From assembly GCA_965206845.1 (NCBI GenBank), contig OZ242221.1, positions 1,312,001 through 1,376,000 on the forward strand: a stretch of DNA of 64,000 bases, read 5' to 3'. A program made the position numbers and the translations under genes. The notes under the pieces are model-generated. The model saw nothing but the letters and a program-made list of their open reading frames with translations. It made no database searches and was not told the DNA's origin. Positions 1-10,271 of this stretch are shown here, one piece after another; the first letter of the stretch is position 1, and each line of letters opens with the position of its first letter. The stretch comes from Cenarchaeum sp. GTDB lineage: Archaea; Thermoproteota; Nitrososphaeria; Nitrososphaerales; Nitrosopumilaceae.

Positions 1-64
1 CTTGCGGGGAACCCTGCCGGGCCAAAAAGTTAGATTAATTAGATGGCACAATGCCGATACAGAA

Positions 65-183
65 CAAGCCGGCCATAGTATCAGGGTGCGACCCAATCCC
101 GTTCCGAACTTGGAAGTCAAACCTGGTGTCGCTATTGTGTTACTAAGATGCGAGAGCCCTTGGGAAGCAATAGTGCTGGCATC
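65..183 (+). rRNA. rrf: 5S ribosomal RNA
   Basis: Has 5S hallmarks (GGCCATAG...ACCCAATCCCGTTCCGAACTTGGAAGTCAAACC...GCGAGAG...GGGAA...GCTGGC) and complementary 5'/3' ends; ends are approximate. Confidence 0.9.
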
Positions 184-499
184 TTTATACAGCCTTTGGG
201 CGTCCGCCTGGATCCATGTGCAAACCGGGGCATAGCTGATCCGGGATTCTGCCCTCTTCGCGGTTCCCGGCGGCCGGTCCGTGCCGCCGGTCGGCCCGGC
301 GAGTTCCGGGGCCGCAGGGCCTGACTGCCGCAAGGCCCACGCGGCTCCATCTTTGGCGGGCCGGGCCGGTACGGGCACGGATCCGTCATCTGTTTGGGTG
401 CAGATCCGTGCATCCGGGCAAACCCCCGCGCACGGCCAGGCAGGCAGCCCTGCCTTGGGCGTCTCAAGCTTCTTAAACGGCCCCTGCGCAGGTGTCCTC

Positions 500-628
500 A
501 TGCCGGTGTGTTCTGTCTGCGCTGCAGTGCTTGATGATGACATACGGTTCCTGAACCATATGATGGAGAAGCACGGGTTTCGAAACGACAAGGTGGGCAG
601 GCCAGACAGGAACAGCCGGGGCTACTGA
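500..628 (+). CDS. small C2H2-type zinc-finger protein (42 aa)
   Basis: MPVCSVC-x12-HMMEKH (CxxC...HxxxH), ATG at 500. Confidence 0.6.
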   Translation: MPVCSVCAAVLDDDIRFLNHMMEKHGFRNDKVGRPDRNSRGY

Positions 629-2136
629 TCCAGGTAGTCCAGAATCAGCCTGACGCCAAAGCCGGTTGCGCCCTTTGGATTGTACGATCTCCTCTTTGTC
701 GCAGACTGCGTCCATGCGACGCCGGCAATGTCAAAGTGGACCCACGGCGTCTCCTTGATCGCGTTCCTCAGGAATGCCGCGGCAGTGATCGTTCCTGCGG
801 CCCTTGCGGTTCCCAGGTTCTTCATGTCGGCCACGTCTGACTTGATCAGGTCCATGTAGTCGCCGTTTAGCGGGAGCCGCCACACCTCCTCTGATGTCCG
901 GGCCGATGACTGGAGCATCCCCTCTGCAAGCCCGTCATCGCTGCTGATCATTCCGGCCACATTGTTTCCCAGTGCTACAATGCATGCGCCCGTGAGGGTC
1001 GCAAAGTCGATTATGGCCTTGGGTGCGTACCTTGCCTCGCCGTATGCCAGGGCATCGGCAAGTATCAGTCTTCCCTCCGCGTCTGTATTGATGATCTCTG
1101 CGGTCTTTTTGCTGTACAGCCTGATGATGTCACCGGGCCTGTACGACTCGCTGCCGGGCATGTTCTCCACCGAGGGAATGATTCCCACAAGGTTTACCGG
1201 CAGCTTGAGATCTGATGCCGCCTGCATGATTCCCAGCACTGTGCATCCGCCACACTTGTCAAACTTCATCTCGTCCATCTTGGCGCCCGGCTTGATCGAG
1301 ATGCCGCCGGTGTCAAAGGTGACTGCCTTTCCGACGATTACCGTGGGTTTCTGGTCGCCCGCCCCGTGGTACTCGAGTATGATGAGGCGGGGCTCGTTTT
1401 TGCTGCCCTGTCCGACGGCTGATATTCCGCCAAATCCCTCCTCTTTTAGCCTGGACTTTGTAAACACCTCAAACTTCATCCCGCCCTTTGCGGCTATGGC
1501 GCTTCCCAGGTCTGCCAGGGTGGCAGGGGCGCACTCGTTTGGTGGCATGTTGGCTATGTCCCTGGTGAGTATGACGCCGTCGGCGACGGCCTCAGACGCC
1601 CGCAGCGCAGCCACGTTCTCTGGCGATTCGGCCGCAAGGATGCTCAGATCCGGATGCGCCGGCTGCTTTTTGGACTTGAACCTGTCAAACTCGTACAGGG
1701 ACAGCTTTGCGCCCTCGACTATCTGCTGTATGGCGTCCGGAACCCCCTCGGGGACCACCACCGCAAAGTCCGGCAGGCTCAGATCAAGCGCCTTCCGGGC
1801 GGCCCGTCCTGCCATGATCCTGACAGAGTCTCCTGACTCCATGTCCAGGCCGGCCAGGAGTATCCTGTCTGCCGGCATTATGCCCAGCGTGTTGATGACG
1901 GATATCTTTCTCGCCTCCGGCTCTGATCTTATGGCCTTCTTGAGCGCCTCGCCGTATCTTCCCAGGCCGCTGGCTGGCTGCTGGCTGTCGGGAAATATCG
2001 CCGCCCCGGACATGCTCTCCATGCTAGAGTCGATCAGATCCTGCGTCTTGTGCTGCAGGCCCTCTGCGGTAAAGATGCACAGCATGCCAGTCTTCTTGTG
2101 TGCGGATCTGCTGCCGTCGATTGTAACCTTCAACAC
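622..2136 (-). CDS. pepA: leucyl aminopeptidase (M17 family)
   Basis: GKAVTFDTGG, MKFDKCG and NTDAEGRL motifs. Confidence 0.95.
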   Translation of the reverse strand: MLKVTIDGSRSAHKKTGMLCIFTAEGLQHKTQDLIDSSMESMSGAAIFPDSQQPASGLGRYGEALKKAIRSEPEARKISVINTLGIMPADRILLAGLDMESGDSVRIMAGRAARKALDLSLPDFAVVVPEGVPDAIQQIVEGAKLSLYEFDRFKSKKQPAHPDLSILAAESPENVAALRASEAVADGVILTRDIANMPPNECAPATLADLGSAIAAKGGMKFEVFTKSRLKEEGFGGISAVGQGSKNEPRLIILEYHGAGDQKPTVIVGKAVTFDTGGISIKPGAKMDEMKFDKCGGCTVLGIMQAASDLKLPVNLVGIIPSVENMPGSESYRPGDIIRLYSKKTAEIINTDAEGRLILADALAYGEARYAPKAIIDFATLTGACIVALGNNVAGMISSDDGLAEGMLQSSARTSEEVWRLPLNGDYMDLIKSDVADMKNLGTARAAGTITAAAFLRNAIKETPWVHFDIAGVAWTQSATKRRSYNPKGATGFGVRLILDYLDQ

Positions 2137-2179
2137 CGTGGTGTGCCTGCGTGATAATTTTATAGGTTACCCTGCAGAG

Positions 2180-2560
2180 TCACGTTTCCAGCCGGATCTT
2201 TCTGCTGTTTGAGAACAGGCTTGCAGAGCGAATGAAGACCGCCTTGGCGGTCTTGCAGCCCGCGTCGCATGGCTCTGATGTGCGCTGATCGACCTCCCTT
2301 GGCTCAGAGGACAGCAGCGCCCGGAGGAGCGGACCTAGCGCCGCGCGCCCCCCGTAGGCCATGCCGCCGTCGATGAACCAGAACATGTCCAGCGCATCAG
2401 ACTCGAGGTGCTCCGCTCTCACCTGCTCACCCAGCGGAGAGTAGTGGCCAACAAGGGATATCCTGTTCCTCCCAAGCCTGCCCACAGCCTCTGCAAACTT
2501 GATGCAGAGGTGGCACCGGTCATCATACAGCACCACGGGGGCTATTCCCTTCAGATCCAC
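2180..2560 (-). CDS. DCC1-like thiol-disulfide oxidoreductase family protein
   Basis: VVLYDDRCHLC (DxxCxxC) motif; GTG start at 2560 inferred. Confidence 0.65.
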   Translation of the reverse strand: MDLKGIAPVVLYDDRCHLCIKFAEAVGRLGRNRISLVGHYSPLGEQVRAEHLESDALDMFWFIDGGMAYGGRAALGPLLRALLSSEPREVDQRTSEPCDAGCKTAKAVFIRSASLFSNSRKIRLET

Positions 2561-2733
2561 ATGTGTGATACGGCCCGCTGGGATTAAAGATTTTGGTGCC
2601 CGCCAGCCACCTGCCGCATCCGGCAGAACGCGAAGACCTGCCATGACATGCAAGCCTGTGCCTATGCAAGTAGAAATCCTGCCCCATCGTATGTGTTTTG
2701 AAGTTTAAAATACGGGAGATGAAAAGAGTGGCC

Positions 2734-3048
2734 ATGAAGAAGGATTTTGTGGTGCGTAGCATCGATGCGTCCCCCACCGGAGCGCCGTACGTGCTTGTCT
2801 CCCTGTCATCTACCAAGGATCTCAACGAGGACAGCTCCCCCCAATCACCCTTCAACCCGAAGGTCATGGGATTTACCAACATGAACGACATGATGAAGGA
2901 TCTGAACAAGATGTTCTCTGGGACGGGTGGTGCACCCGGCGCGGTCACCACGATCAAGCTCGAGATGCACGAATACAAGCAGATGGGCCTGTCTGTGGGC
3001 GACAAGGTATACCTGGAGATAACAAAGGAAGAGACTTTTGGGGTATAG
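2734..3048 (+). CDS. conserved hypothetical protein
   Basis: Clean ORF with TATA-like TTTAAAA at ~2704; start inferred. Confidence 0.7.
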   Translation: MKKDFVVRSIDASPTGAPYVLVSLSSTKDLNEDSSPQSPFNPKVMGFTNMNDMMKDLNKMFSGTGGAPGAVTTIKLEMHEYKQMGLSVGDKVYLEITKEETFGV

Positions 3049-3049
3049 G

Positions 3050-3715
3050 CTAAATGCCGGTTCCAGGGTTACGGTTCTTGATCTTCTCCCAGTCGGCAAG
3101 AAAGCTCTTCAGGCCTGTGTCGGTTAGCGGATGCTTGAGCATCTTCTCCAGCACCGCCGGCGGCAGCGTGACTACGTGCGCTCCTGCCTTTGCTGCATCC
3201 ACCACGTGAACCGGATGCCTTACGCTGGCCACCAGGACTTGCGTCGCAAAGGCATAGTTTGAAAAGATCTCCAGGATGTCTCTGACAAGGTGCATCCCGT
3301 CCTGGCCGATATCGTCAAGACGGCCAATAAACGGGCTGACGTACTTTGCTCCTGCCTTTGCCGCCAGCAGGGCTTGGTTGGGCGAGAAGACCAGCGTTAC
3401 ATTCACCGGAATCCCCGAGCCGGACAGCGACCTGCACGCCCGGAGCCCGTCGGGTGTCATTGGCACCTTGACCACCACATTCTCCCCATATCCGCGCAGG
3501 CTCATTCCCTCGGCCATCATGCCATCGTAATCGGTGGCGACGACCTCGAGGCTGACATCCCCGGAGATTATGCTGGTTATCTCGTGCATGGTCTTGGCGG
3601 GATCCCCGCTCTCCCTTGAGAGAAGCGTCGGATTTGTCGTGATTCCGTCAAGCAGCCCCATGTTGTTGTACCTCCTGATGGCATCCAGACTTGCAGTATC
3701 AAGGAATATCTTCAT
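3050..3715 (-). CDS. tal: transaldolase / fructose-6-phosphate aldolase
   Basis: IFLDTA, GITTNP, VVKVPMT and YVSPFIGRLDD motifs. Confidence 0.93.
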   Translation of the reverse strand: MKIFLDTASLDAIRRYNNMGLLDGITTNPTLLSRESGDPAKTMHEITSIISGDVSLEVVATDYDGMMAEGMSLRGYGENVVVKVPMTPDGLRACRSLSGSGIPVNVTLVFSPNQALLAAKAGAKYVSPFIGRLDDIGQDGMHLVRDILEIFSNYAFATQVLVASVRHPVHVVDAAKAGAHVVTLPPAVLEKMLKHPLTDTGLKSFLADWEKIKNRNPGTGI

Positions 3716-4662
3716 CTTTGTGTACCCCTGACACTCCTGACAGCCTCGGCTATATTAACAGCTGATATCTTGTGCTTGGCAAGCAGCCGTGGGATCTCCT
3801 GATCCCGGCAGGACTCCCCAAACCTGTCGCGCACGCCGATTCTCCTTATGGGGACCGGGTACCTCTCCGATACGGCTTCTGCCACCGCCGAGCCCATTCC
3901 GGCCATTATGTTGTGCTCCTCGCAGGTGACGATGCCGCCTGTCTCCCTCGCGGCCCTCTCAAGCGCGTCGGCGTCTATGGGCTTGACTGAGAACATGTCT
4001 AGGACCCTGCACGACACACCCTCCTTGTGCAGCCTCTCCGCTGCGTCTAGCGCCAGTGTGACCGTAATCCCGCAGGCCGCTATGGTGCAGTCGGATCCCT
4101 CCCTTGCCGTGATCGCCTGCCCGATCTTGAACTTTTGGAGCTCGGTGTGCACCACGGGTGTCTTTGAGCGCGCCATCCTCATGTAGAACGGACCATATGT
4201 GTCTGCTATCACCCTAGTCAGGCCCCTCACGGATACGCCGTCGGCAGGAATCAGAACCCGCATGTGTGGGATTACCCGTGTGATGGCAATGTCCTCTATC
4301 TGCTGATGCGATCCCCCGTCGGCGCCCACAGACAGTCCCCCATGTGATACCACCAGCTTTACGTTGAGGCCCTTTTTGCGGCCCGGGCTGGGGTAGCAGA
4401 TGGCGTTGCGGATCTGATCCACTGCCCTTCCGGGAACAAAGATGGCATAGGTGCTGGCAAAGGCTGTCTTGCCGGACATGGCAAGGCCGGCGGCCACAGA
4501 TACCAGGTTGGCCTCTGCGATTCCCACGTTAAAGAATCGGTCAGGGAACGCTCTCCCAAACCCCGCCGTCTTGAGCGAGTCGGTCGTGTCGGCTCCCAGG
4601 ACCACGACGCGTGGATCCTGCCTGCCGATCTCAATGATGGTTTTCCCGTACTCGGAGCGCAT
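3712..4662 (-). CDS. transketolase C-terminal subunit
   Basis: FFNVGIAEAN, GADGGSHQ and EEHNIMAGMG motifs; start may be ~20 nt further upstream. Confidence 0.92.
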   Translation of the reverse strand: MRSEYGKTIIEIGRQDPRVVVLGADTTDSLKTAGFGRAFPDRFFNVGIAEANLVSVAAGLAMSGKTAFASTYAIFVPGRAVDQIRNAICYPSPGRKKGLNVKLVVSHGGLSVGADGGSHQQIEDIAITRVIPHMRVLIPADGVSVRGLTRVIADTYGPFYMRMARSKTPVVHTELQKFKIGQAITAREGSDCTIAACGITVTLALDAAERLHKEGVSCRVLDMFSVKPIDADALERAARETGGIVTCEEHNIMAGMGSAVAEAVSERYPVPIRRIGVRDRFGESCRDQEIPRLLAKHKISAVNIAEAVRSVRGTQR

Positions 4663-4679
4663 GTCCGTCTGGTTTTGGC

Positions 4680-6347
4680 TCAGAGGTACTTCATCTCCAA
4701 TGCAATCTTCTCCAGTGTTTCCTTCTTGGCAGGCACCTCGTGCAGGCCTATCCACCGGCGGACCAGCTCGGCTCCGCCAAGCGCGTGAGCCCGTTCCAGC
4801 AACAGCCTTCTTCTCTGGTGCAGTATCCTGCCACGGATCTCCCTGATGGCACCGCGCACGTCCTCCGTGCCAACTATGGCGCCGCCGCCGACAAAGGCGC
4901 GCGCCCCGTCTGCAAAGCATGCCCCGGCATTCTCCATGTTCACTCCCCCGTCAGCCTCCACACAGCCGTCAAACCCGTTCTCCCCCAGGGTCTTCATTAC
5001 TGTGGCCATCTTCTGGTGGGTTGACTCGATGTACTTTTGGCCGGACTTGCCCGGAACCACAGACATCACTATGACCTGGTCGATGGTGGGGATGAACCGG
5101 TGCGCCCACTGGGGAATGTCCGTCTCGGAGTTGATTGCCAGGCCCACGCCCACTTGGTTCTGCCTCAGGTAGTCGTGTATCTCGCCAAAGATCGCCTCGT
5201 CGGTTACCTCTGCGTGTACCGTCACTATGTCACTTCCGGCTTCCACGTAGCTCCTGACATGCCTTCCGGGATCTTTGATCATGAGGTGCGTGTCAAAGGG
5301 AATCTCTGTGAGGTACCGGAGCTCCCGTATCTTGGAGTGGCCAAAGGTCTTGTTGGGCACAAACCTGCCGTCCATCACGTCCATGTGGATGTAGTCGGCC
5401 CTGCCCTCGGCGCACCGCTTCACCTCGTTCTCCAGGTTGCCCATGTTGCCGGCGATGATGGATGGGGCGATCATAAACTGGCAGTCCAGCTCGGTCTCAA
5501 TCACCGGGGCGATCTCTGGGTGCGGGGCCCTGCCGTGCCACTTTGGGTTGTCCTCCATGTGCTCCACGCCCTTGCCCTTGACTGTCCGGGCTATGATGAT
5601 CGACGGTACCCCCCTGACTGATGCCGCCTTTTTTACGGCGCCGTCAATCTGCTCTATCCGGTGGCCGTCGATCTCTATCACGTTCCACCCGAAGGATCTC
5701 CACTTGTCGCCGGTCCTCCACCGGGACGCGTCCCTCCACATCTCTGTGGGGTCGTCGCCTGTCAGCTCCTCGTCCAGCGGCATTATTTTCTCGGTGTACG
5801 AGTCCTGCTGGATGAAGTTCCGATCCATGATTGCCGTGAGGTTGTCCACCCTGTACTTTGAGCCTGTCATCGCCGCCTCCCAGACCTGGCCCTCGTTGGA
5901 CTCGCCGTCCCCAATTACCGTAAATATCCGCTGCTTTCTGCCGTCGATCCTGGCCGCAAGCGCGGATCCGATGGAGAAGGAGAGGCCGATTCCTAGGGAT
6001 CCACCGCAGAACTCCACTCCTGGACATTTGAGATCCGGATGCCCCTGCAGGCGGCTGCCCAGCTTGCGCAGCGTCTCGATCTCCGACTCGTCAAAGTATC
6101 CCGCCACCGCCAGATTGGAGAAGAGTCCAGGGGCGGCATGCCCCTTTGAGAGAACCAGCTTGTCCCTCTCCTCCCAGAGCGGGTTCTGTGGGTCGTACCT
6201 AAGGTGCTTGAAGAAGAGCACGCCCATGATCTCTGCCATGGAGAACGAGCCGCCGGGGTGGCCCGAGCCTGCCGCCGTGGTTGCCCTGATCGTTAGTTTG
6301 CGGGCCCGCCTGATGTTTCGTTGGATCTGACAGTAGTTGAGCCCCAT
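4680..6347 (-). CDS. transketolase N-terminal subunit fused to ribulose-phosphate 3-epimerase
   Basis: N-terminal SGHPGG, LSKGHA, GDGESNEG; C-terminal IAPSI, IHMDVMDGRFVPN, FDTHLM, ADGGVN. Confidence 0.92.
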   Translation of the reverse strand: MGLNYCQIQRNIRRARKLTIRATTAAGSGHPGGSFSMAEIMGVLFFKHLRYDPQNPLWEERDKLVLSKGHAAPGLFSNLAVAGYFDESEIETLRKLGSRLQGHPDLKCPGVEFCGGSLGIGLSFSIGSALAARIDGRKQRIFTVIGDGESNEGQVWEAAMTGSKYRVDNLTAIMDRNFIQQDSYTEKIMPLDEELTGDDPTEMWRDASRWRTGDKWRSFGWNVIEIDGHRIEQIDGAVKKAASVRGVPSIIIARTVKGKGVEHMEDNPKWHGRAPHPEIAPVIETELDCQFMIAPSIIAGNMGNLENEVKRCAEGRADYIHMDVMDGRFVPNKTFGHSKIRELRYLTEIPFDTHLMIKDPGRHVRSYVEAGSDIVTVHAEVTDEAIFGEIHDYLRQNQVGVGLAINSETDIPQWAHRFIPTIDQVIVMSVVPGKSGQKYIESTHQKMATVMKTLGENGFDGCVEADGGVNMENAGACFADGARAFVGGGAIVGTEDVRGAIREIRGRILHQRRRLLLERAHALGGAELVRRWIGLHEVPAKKETLEKIALEMKYL

Positions 6348-6497
6348 TATCGGTGAGACTGGTCGCTGAAGCGAATAAAAATCTATTCTGAAATGCGACT
6401 TTTATGCTACCTGCTCGGCGCGACAGGCGAGCCGGCAAAATCTGGACTTAGAAATATTAAACAACAAGCTGTTACAAGTATCTGGTGGGTAAGAGAC

Positions 6498-7310
6498 TTG
6501 GCAAATTCGATACTTGATGATGTGAAGGTTCTGCTCATGAAGCAGGCCGGCGATCCCAAAATTCTGGAGCAAGTCAAGCGCGCAGCAGAGAATGATGAGG
6601 TCATCTCGATATATGAGCGCGAGTACGTAGCTCATCTGGCAAAACAATATCTGGATCCTATGCGCGGTGACCAGTCCGTGCAGCCACCAAGACAGGAGAG
6701 ACCAGCAGATCCGCCAAAGGAGGTATACCGGCAGCCGGAAGACAGATACGATCCCAAAAACAGGTACGATCCCCAGAACAGATACGATCCCAAAAACAGG
6801 TACGATCCCCAAGGTAGATACCGACAGGAGCCTGCCGTCACCGAGGCATCCGGCGGTTCGCAGCAGAAGATGTCAGCTCCCAGACCGGCGCGCAACACAA
6901 AGACCATGATAATTCTAGGGGCTGCGGTGGCGGCCGTAGTTCTGGGAGCCGTACTTGTGGTGGGACTGGGTTTGATCGGTACCGCACCCGGGCCCGACAT
7001 TACGCCTCCTGTCGTTGAACCTCCCACCACGCCCGAGTACGCTGTAGGCACTTCCCAGCTGTCCTACAATCTGGGAGACATTGTGGATGTATCGGGAACG
7101 GCCGATCCGTCTCTGGGCGGTGTGGATCTCCTCATTGCAGATCCAAGCGGGAACACGATCTGGAAGGAGACCGCTACGGTCATGGGTGACGGATCGTTCT
7201 CCATGTTGCTGTTCGCCGGCGGTTCCGGGTGGGACGCCACAGGAGAGTACGACCTGCTCATGCAGCAGGGCGATACGGAGATCAGTTCTACGTTTATCTT
7301 TGTACTATAG
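6498..7310 (+). CDS. single-pass membrane protein with RYDP(K/Q)N repeats and an Ig-like C-terminal domain
   Basis: Hydrophobic TM segment, Pro-rich linker, beta-rich C-terminus; TTG start inferred. Confidence 0.7.
   Translation: MANSILDDVKVLLMKQAGDPKILEQVKRAAENDEVISIYEREYVAHLAKQYLDPMRGDQSVQPPRQERPADPPKEVYRQPEDRYDPKNRYDPQNRYDPKNRYDPQGRYRQEPAVTEASGGSQQKMSAPRPARNTKTMIILGAAVAAVVLGAVLVVGLGLIGTAPGPDITPPVVEPPTTPEYAVGTSQLSYNLGDIVDVSGTADPSLGGVDLLIADPSGNTIWKETATVMGDGSFSMLLFAGGSGWDATGEYDLLMQQGDTEISSTFIFVL
6744..6821 (+). repeat. in-frame 18-bp tandem repeat (4.3 copies, 36-bp higher-order unit)
   Basis: AGATACGATCCCAAAAAC / AGGTACGATCCCCAGAAC / AGATACGATCCCAAAAAC / AGGTACGATCCCCAAGGT. Confidence 0.9.
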
Positions 7311-7366
7311 TCTCTTCTGATCTGCTAGGTTCAGAGTATGTGGTATAGCCAGGACAATGCTGTCTC

Positions 7367-7726
7367 CTAGGAGTACTTGGACATGCTCTTTAGCTTGAGC
7401 GCCACCCTGTTGAGTACCTCATTGGGGCTCACATCCACTAGGTTGATGGTGACGTTATCCCGGACGATCTGGTTCTCGAACTTCTCCTTGATGGCAAAGG
7501 AAACGGAGGACCAGTGTAGCACCCCGTTCATCTCCTCCTGCACGACTGACTCGGTGTTGGGAAGTGGTATGGGCGCCATGGCTATCCCCTCGGTCCACTG
7601 CACAGTGGGAATTCCGCCGCCAGACGTTCTGCTGTTGAAGGCTATCCGTTCCACCCAGTCCTCAAGTCGGTACTCGATGATCTCGTGGATGATCAACTTC
7701 TTCCACGGCTCGATGACCACATCCAT
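7367..7726 (-). CDS. conserved hypothetical protein
   Basis: Clean ORF with upstream TATA-like element. Confidence 0.7.
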   Translation of the reverse strand: MDVVIEPWKKLIIHEIIEYRLEDWVERIAFNSRTSGGGIPTVQWTEGIAMAPIPLPNTESVVQEEMNGVLHWSSVSFAIKEKFENQIVRDNVTINLVDVSPNEVLNRVALKLKSMSKYS

Positions 7727-7759
7727 GTAAGGCGCATCCCCTCTGCAAGCAATATAATT

Positions 7760-8326
7760 CTAGGCTTGCTCGTCTGCCATTAGGTATTTTTCGTCAAGCA
7801 TGGCGTGCAGGTTGTGCACCGATCTGTACACGTCGGCCTCTTTTTTGGCCCCGGTGCAGACCATCTTGCCTGTTGCAAAGAGAAGAAAGACCGTCTTGGG
7901 TTCAAGCACCCTGTGGATCAGCCCGGGAAACTGCTCCGGCTCGTACATGCTCCTGGGCAGGATCCTGGCGGCGCGCTCAAGGTGTATTCTCCTGAACAGG
8001 TTGATCGCCGCGACTATGTTCTGCACGTCCACCACTGCATCCGACTTGATGCTGATCCCGCTCCGTCGGAGCTTCTGCACCACCATTCTGACCGCCTGCA
8101 CCGCCATCTCCTCTGACTTGGCACCCGTGCAGACCATCTTGCCTGTCCGGAAGATCAGGGTGGCGGTGCGCGGCTCTGTCAGCCGGAAGACCAGTCCGGG
8201 AAACTGCTCCGGGTTGTACTCCGTCTCGGGAAACTTCTCCGTGATGTCGATTAGGTTGATGCTCTGATTTACGGACGCAGATGCCACCACGTTCTCGATC
8301 TTGATCTTGGGCTTTGGCAGGTTCAT
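7760..8326 (-). CDS. tbp: TATA-box binding protein
   Basis: Two repeats of Y(N/E)PEQFPGL...F.TGKMVCTGAK. Confidence 0.97.
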   Translation of the reverse strand: MNLPKPKIKIENVVASASVNQSINLIDITEKFPETEYNPEQFPGLVFRLTEPRTATLIFRTGKMVCTGAKSEEMAVQAVRMVVQKLRRSGISIKSDAVVDVQNIVAAINLFRRIHLERAARILPRSMYEPEQFPGLIHRVLEPKTVFLLFATGKMVCTGAKKEADVYRSVHNLHAMLDEKYLMADEQA

Positions 8327-8421
8327 TATGTCGCTTATAAATACCGGTATATATACAAGGCTTTAAAAGTGCGGATGGGATCGACTGCCAGTCACGTGCG
8401 GCCGGTGATCCCCAAATGCGC

Positions 8422-8874
8422 TTAGTGGCGGCCTATCCACCTGTACCTGTGCTCTTCGTCAATGATATCTGCCTCAAGATCACTCCTGCCGATCCGTGGC
8501 ACCGGCAGATCTACTTCAAAGAATCCCAAGCTCCCCTTGCACGGAACGGGAATTCGGAGCCGTCGGGCGTTCCTCAGGATAAAGCCGTACCTGTACTTGC
8601 CGGGGGCGCTTGCCATGTGCCTGTCCGAGTCGGCCATCATCTCCTGCTCAGTCTCGTACCTCCGGACATCGTACACCTCTGCTCTTCCCACGATCACCCC
8701 GACAGGCAAGTCGGTGCCAATTTCAAGCCTCCGACAGTCTGTGTCTCTTACCTTTATCGGGGCGTGAACTAGGAACTCACCGCGGAACTTTGTGTTCCAA
8801 GGTCGCAGCTCGACGGTCTTCCTGCCTGAGACTATCAGCTCAGCAAATGGCTGGCACACGCTGAGGCACTTCAT
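8422..8874 (-). CDS. ASCH domain protein
   Basis: LSVCQPFAELIVSGRKTVELR (GxKxxExR). Confidence 0.88.
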   Translation of the reverse strand: MKCLSVCQPFAELIVSGRKTVELRPWNTKFRGEFLVHAPIKVRDTDCRRLEIGTDLPVGVIVGRAEVYDVRRYETEQEMMADSDRHMASAPGKYRYGFILRNARRLRIPVPCKGSLGFFEVDLPVPRIGRSDLEADIIDEEHRYRWIGRH

Positions 8875-10271
8875 TATGCTCTGACGCTGCAGCGGTTGGG
8901 CCCCATCTCGAGGTCGGGAATCTGCCCCGACGACACCGGAATGGAGCCGCGGTTTATCCTGATTATCATCGAGTAGTTTGCCGGTCTTGGCTCTGCGGTG
9001 CCGGCAACCCTTTTGACAAAGTCTGCCCTCTCTAGGCCCATCAGGGTCATCCTGCTTGCCATCTCTGGCGTTGTGTGGTACGTGTCGTCATCTGCCAGCT
9101 CTGTTCCTGCACCCCTGTGGGCAGGGAAGATTTTTGTGTCCGGGGGCAGCTTGAGCATCTCTGTGTGCAGTGTGTTGTAGAGTCTTTCGGCAAACTCGTC
9201 TGCCCGGTCTCTCAGGTCCGGGCGGCCTACCCCGTCTGCAGACAGGATGTCGCCGCAGAATGCATAGCTGCCTGCAAGGTACGTCATGCTTCCTGCGGTG
9301 TGTCCGGGTGTGTGTACCGTCAAAAGCCGCTCCTCTCCAAATGGTATGGAACCACCCCCGGAGATCCGGACGGCGTCAATCCTGTAGTCCTCGTCTGCGC
9401 TGAGGTACAGCCGGGATCCCGTCATCTGTGCCAACTGTGCTGCGGCAGACACGTGATCCGCATGCTGGTGTGTGTCGGCAACGGCGACGATCGCAAGTCC
9501 CTCCTCTGCTGCAATCTCTGTGTATCTGGAGGCAGGATGCGCCGGATCGATCACCACCGCCTTGCCGCCGGATCCCAAGATGTATGAGAGGCATCCCTTT
9601 CCGACCTTCTCCACCTGTATGAGCGTGAGGCCTGCGTCCCTTATGGTTGCCGTGGGACTGAGAACCTGGTTCCATCTGGCCATCCCGCCCTCAAGGGACG
9701 ACGCCTCAATTCCCATCTGGGCCAGGGCAAAGGTGGCAACCATGGATCGGTTTCCGTGGGAGCATATGGTGATCACCTTTCTGCCTTCGGGAACCGACTG
9801 CCGACTGCCTGGCGCAAACAGCTGCGACAGCGGAACGTTTACAGCTCCGGGAATTCTGAAATCGGCAAACTCGTGAGGCTCTCGGACGTCAAGCAGGAAC
9901 AGATCCTCCTTTTCGCTGATCGACCTCCAGAGATCCTCACCTGAGAGCACAGACCTCTGGCCGCTCTTCACGGTGCTGCCAGTCCATCCGGCCATTCCGC
10001 CCTCAAGAAAGTGCGCGTCAAATCCGAACCTTGCCATCAGTCCCGCGCTCTGCTGCGCCTCGGATCCGTCATGGTCAATCAGCACCACCTTGAATGTCCG
10101 CGGGGTCTTTGCTATGACCACCTGCTTTTGCTGCATGGTGCCAAATCCCGCATTGGCGGCGCCTGCGATGTGGCCCCGCACAAACTCGCCCTCGTTCCTA
10201 GTGTCCAGAATCAGCAGTGGGATCTTGTCCTGGATCATGCCTGCCAGCTCCTCTGGTGTGATGCCCGTCAT
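8874..10271 (-). CDS. tandem rhodanese domains plus MBL-fold hydrolase (persulfide dioxygenase-like)
   Basis: Two rhodanese domains (the second with CSHGNRS), THQHADH and HTPGHT motifs. Confidence 0.88.
   Translation of the reverse strand: MTGITPEELAGMIQDKIPLLILDTRNEGEFVRGHIAGAANAGFGTMQQKQVVIAKTPRTFKVVLIDHDGSEAQQSAGLMARFGFDAHFLEGGMAGWTGSTVKSGQRSVLSGEDLWRSISEKEDLFLLDVREPHEFADFRIPGAVNVPLSQLFAPGSRQSVPEGRKVITICSHGNRSMVATFALAQMGIEASSLEGGMARWNQVLSPTATIRDAGLTLIQVEKVGKGCLSYILGSGGKAVVIDPAHPASRYTEIAAEEGLAIVAVADTHQHADHVSAAAQLAQMTGSRLYLSADEDYRIDAVRISGGGSIPFGEERLLTVHTPGHTAGSMTYLAGSYAFCGDILSADGVGRPDLRDRADEFAERLYNTLHTEMLKLPPDTKIFPAHRGAGTELADDDTYHTTPEMASRMTLMGLERADFVKRVAGTAEPRPANYSMIIRINRGSIPVSSGQIPDLEMGPNRCSVRA

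Noticed and set aside
2-235. 77-aa ORF at the window start
   Set aside because: Overlaps the 5S rRNA gene.
962-2212. 416-aa plus-strand ORF and many similar long antisense ORFs (e.g. 10769-11611, 19187-20167, 51472-52440, 55660-56598)
   Set aside because: They shadow well-supported genes on the opposite strand in GC-rich DNA and show no family motifs.
6744-6821. Short repeat array as a CRISPR
   Set aside because: Units are contiguous, in frame and have no spacers; no cas genes are present.
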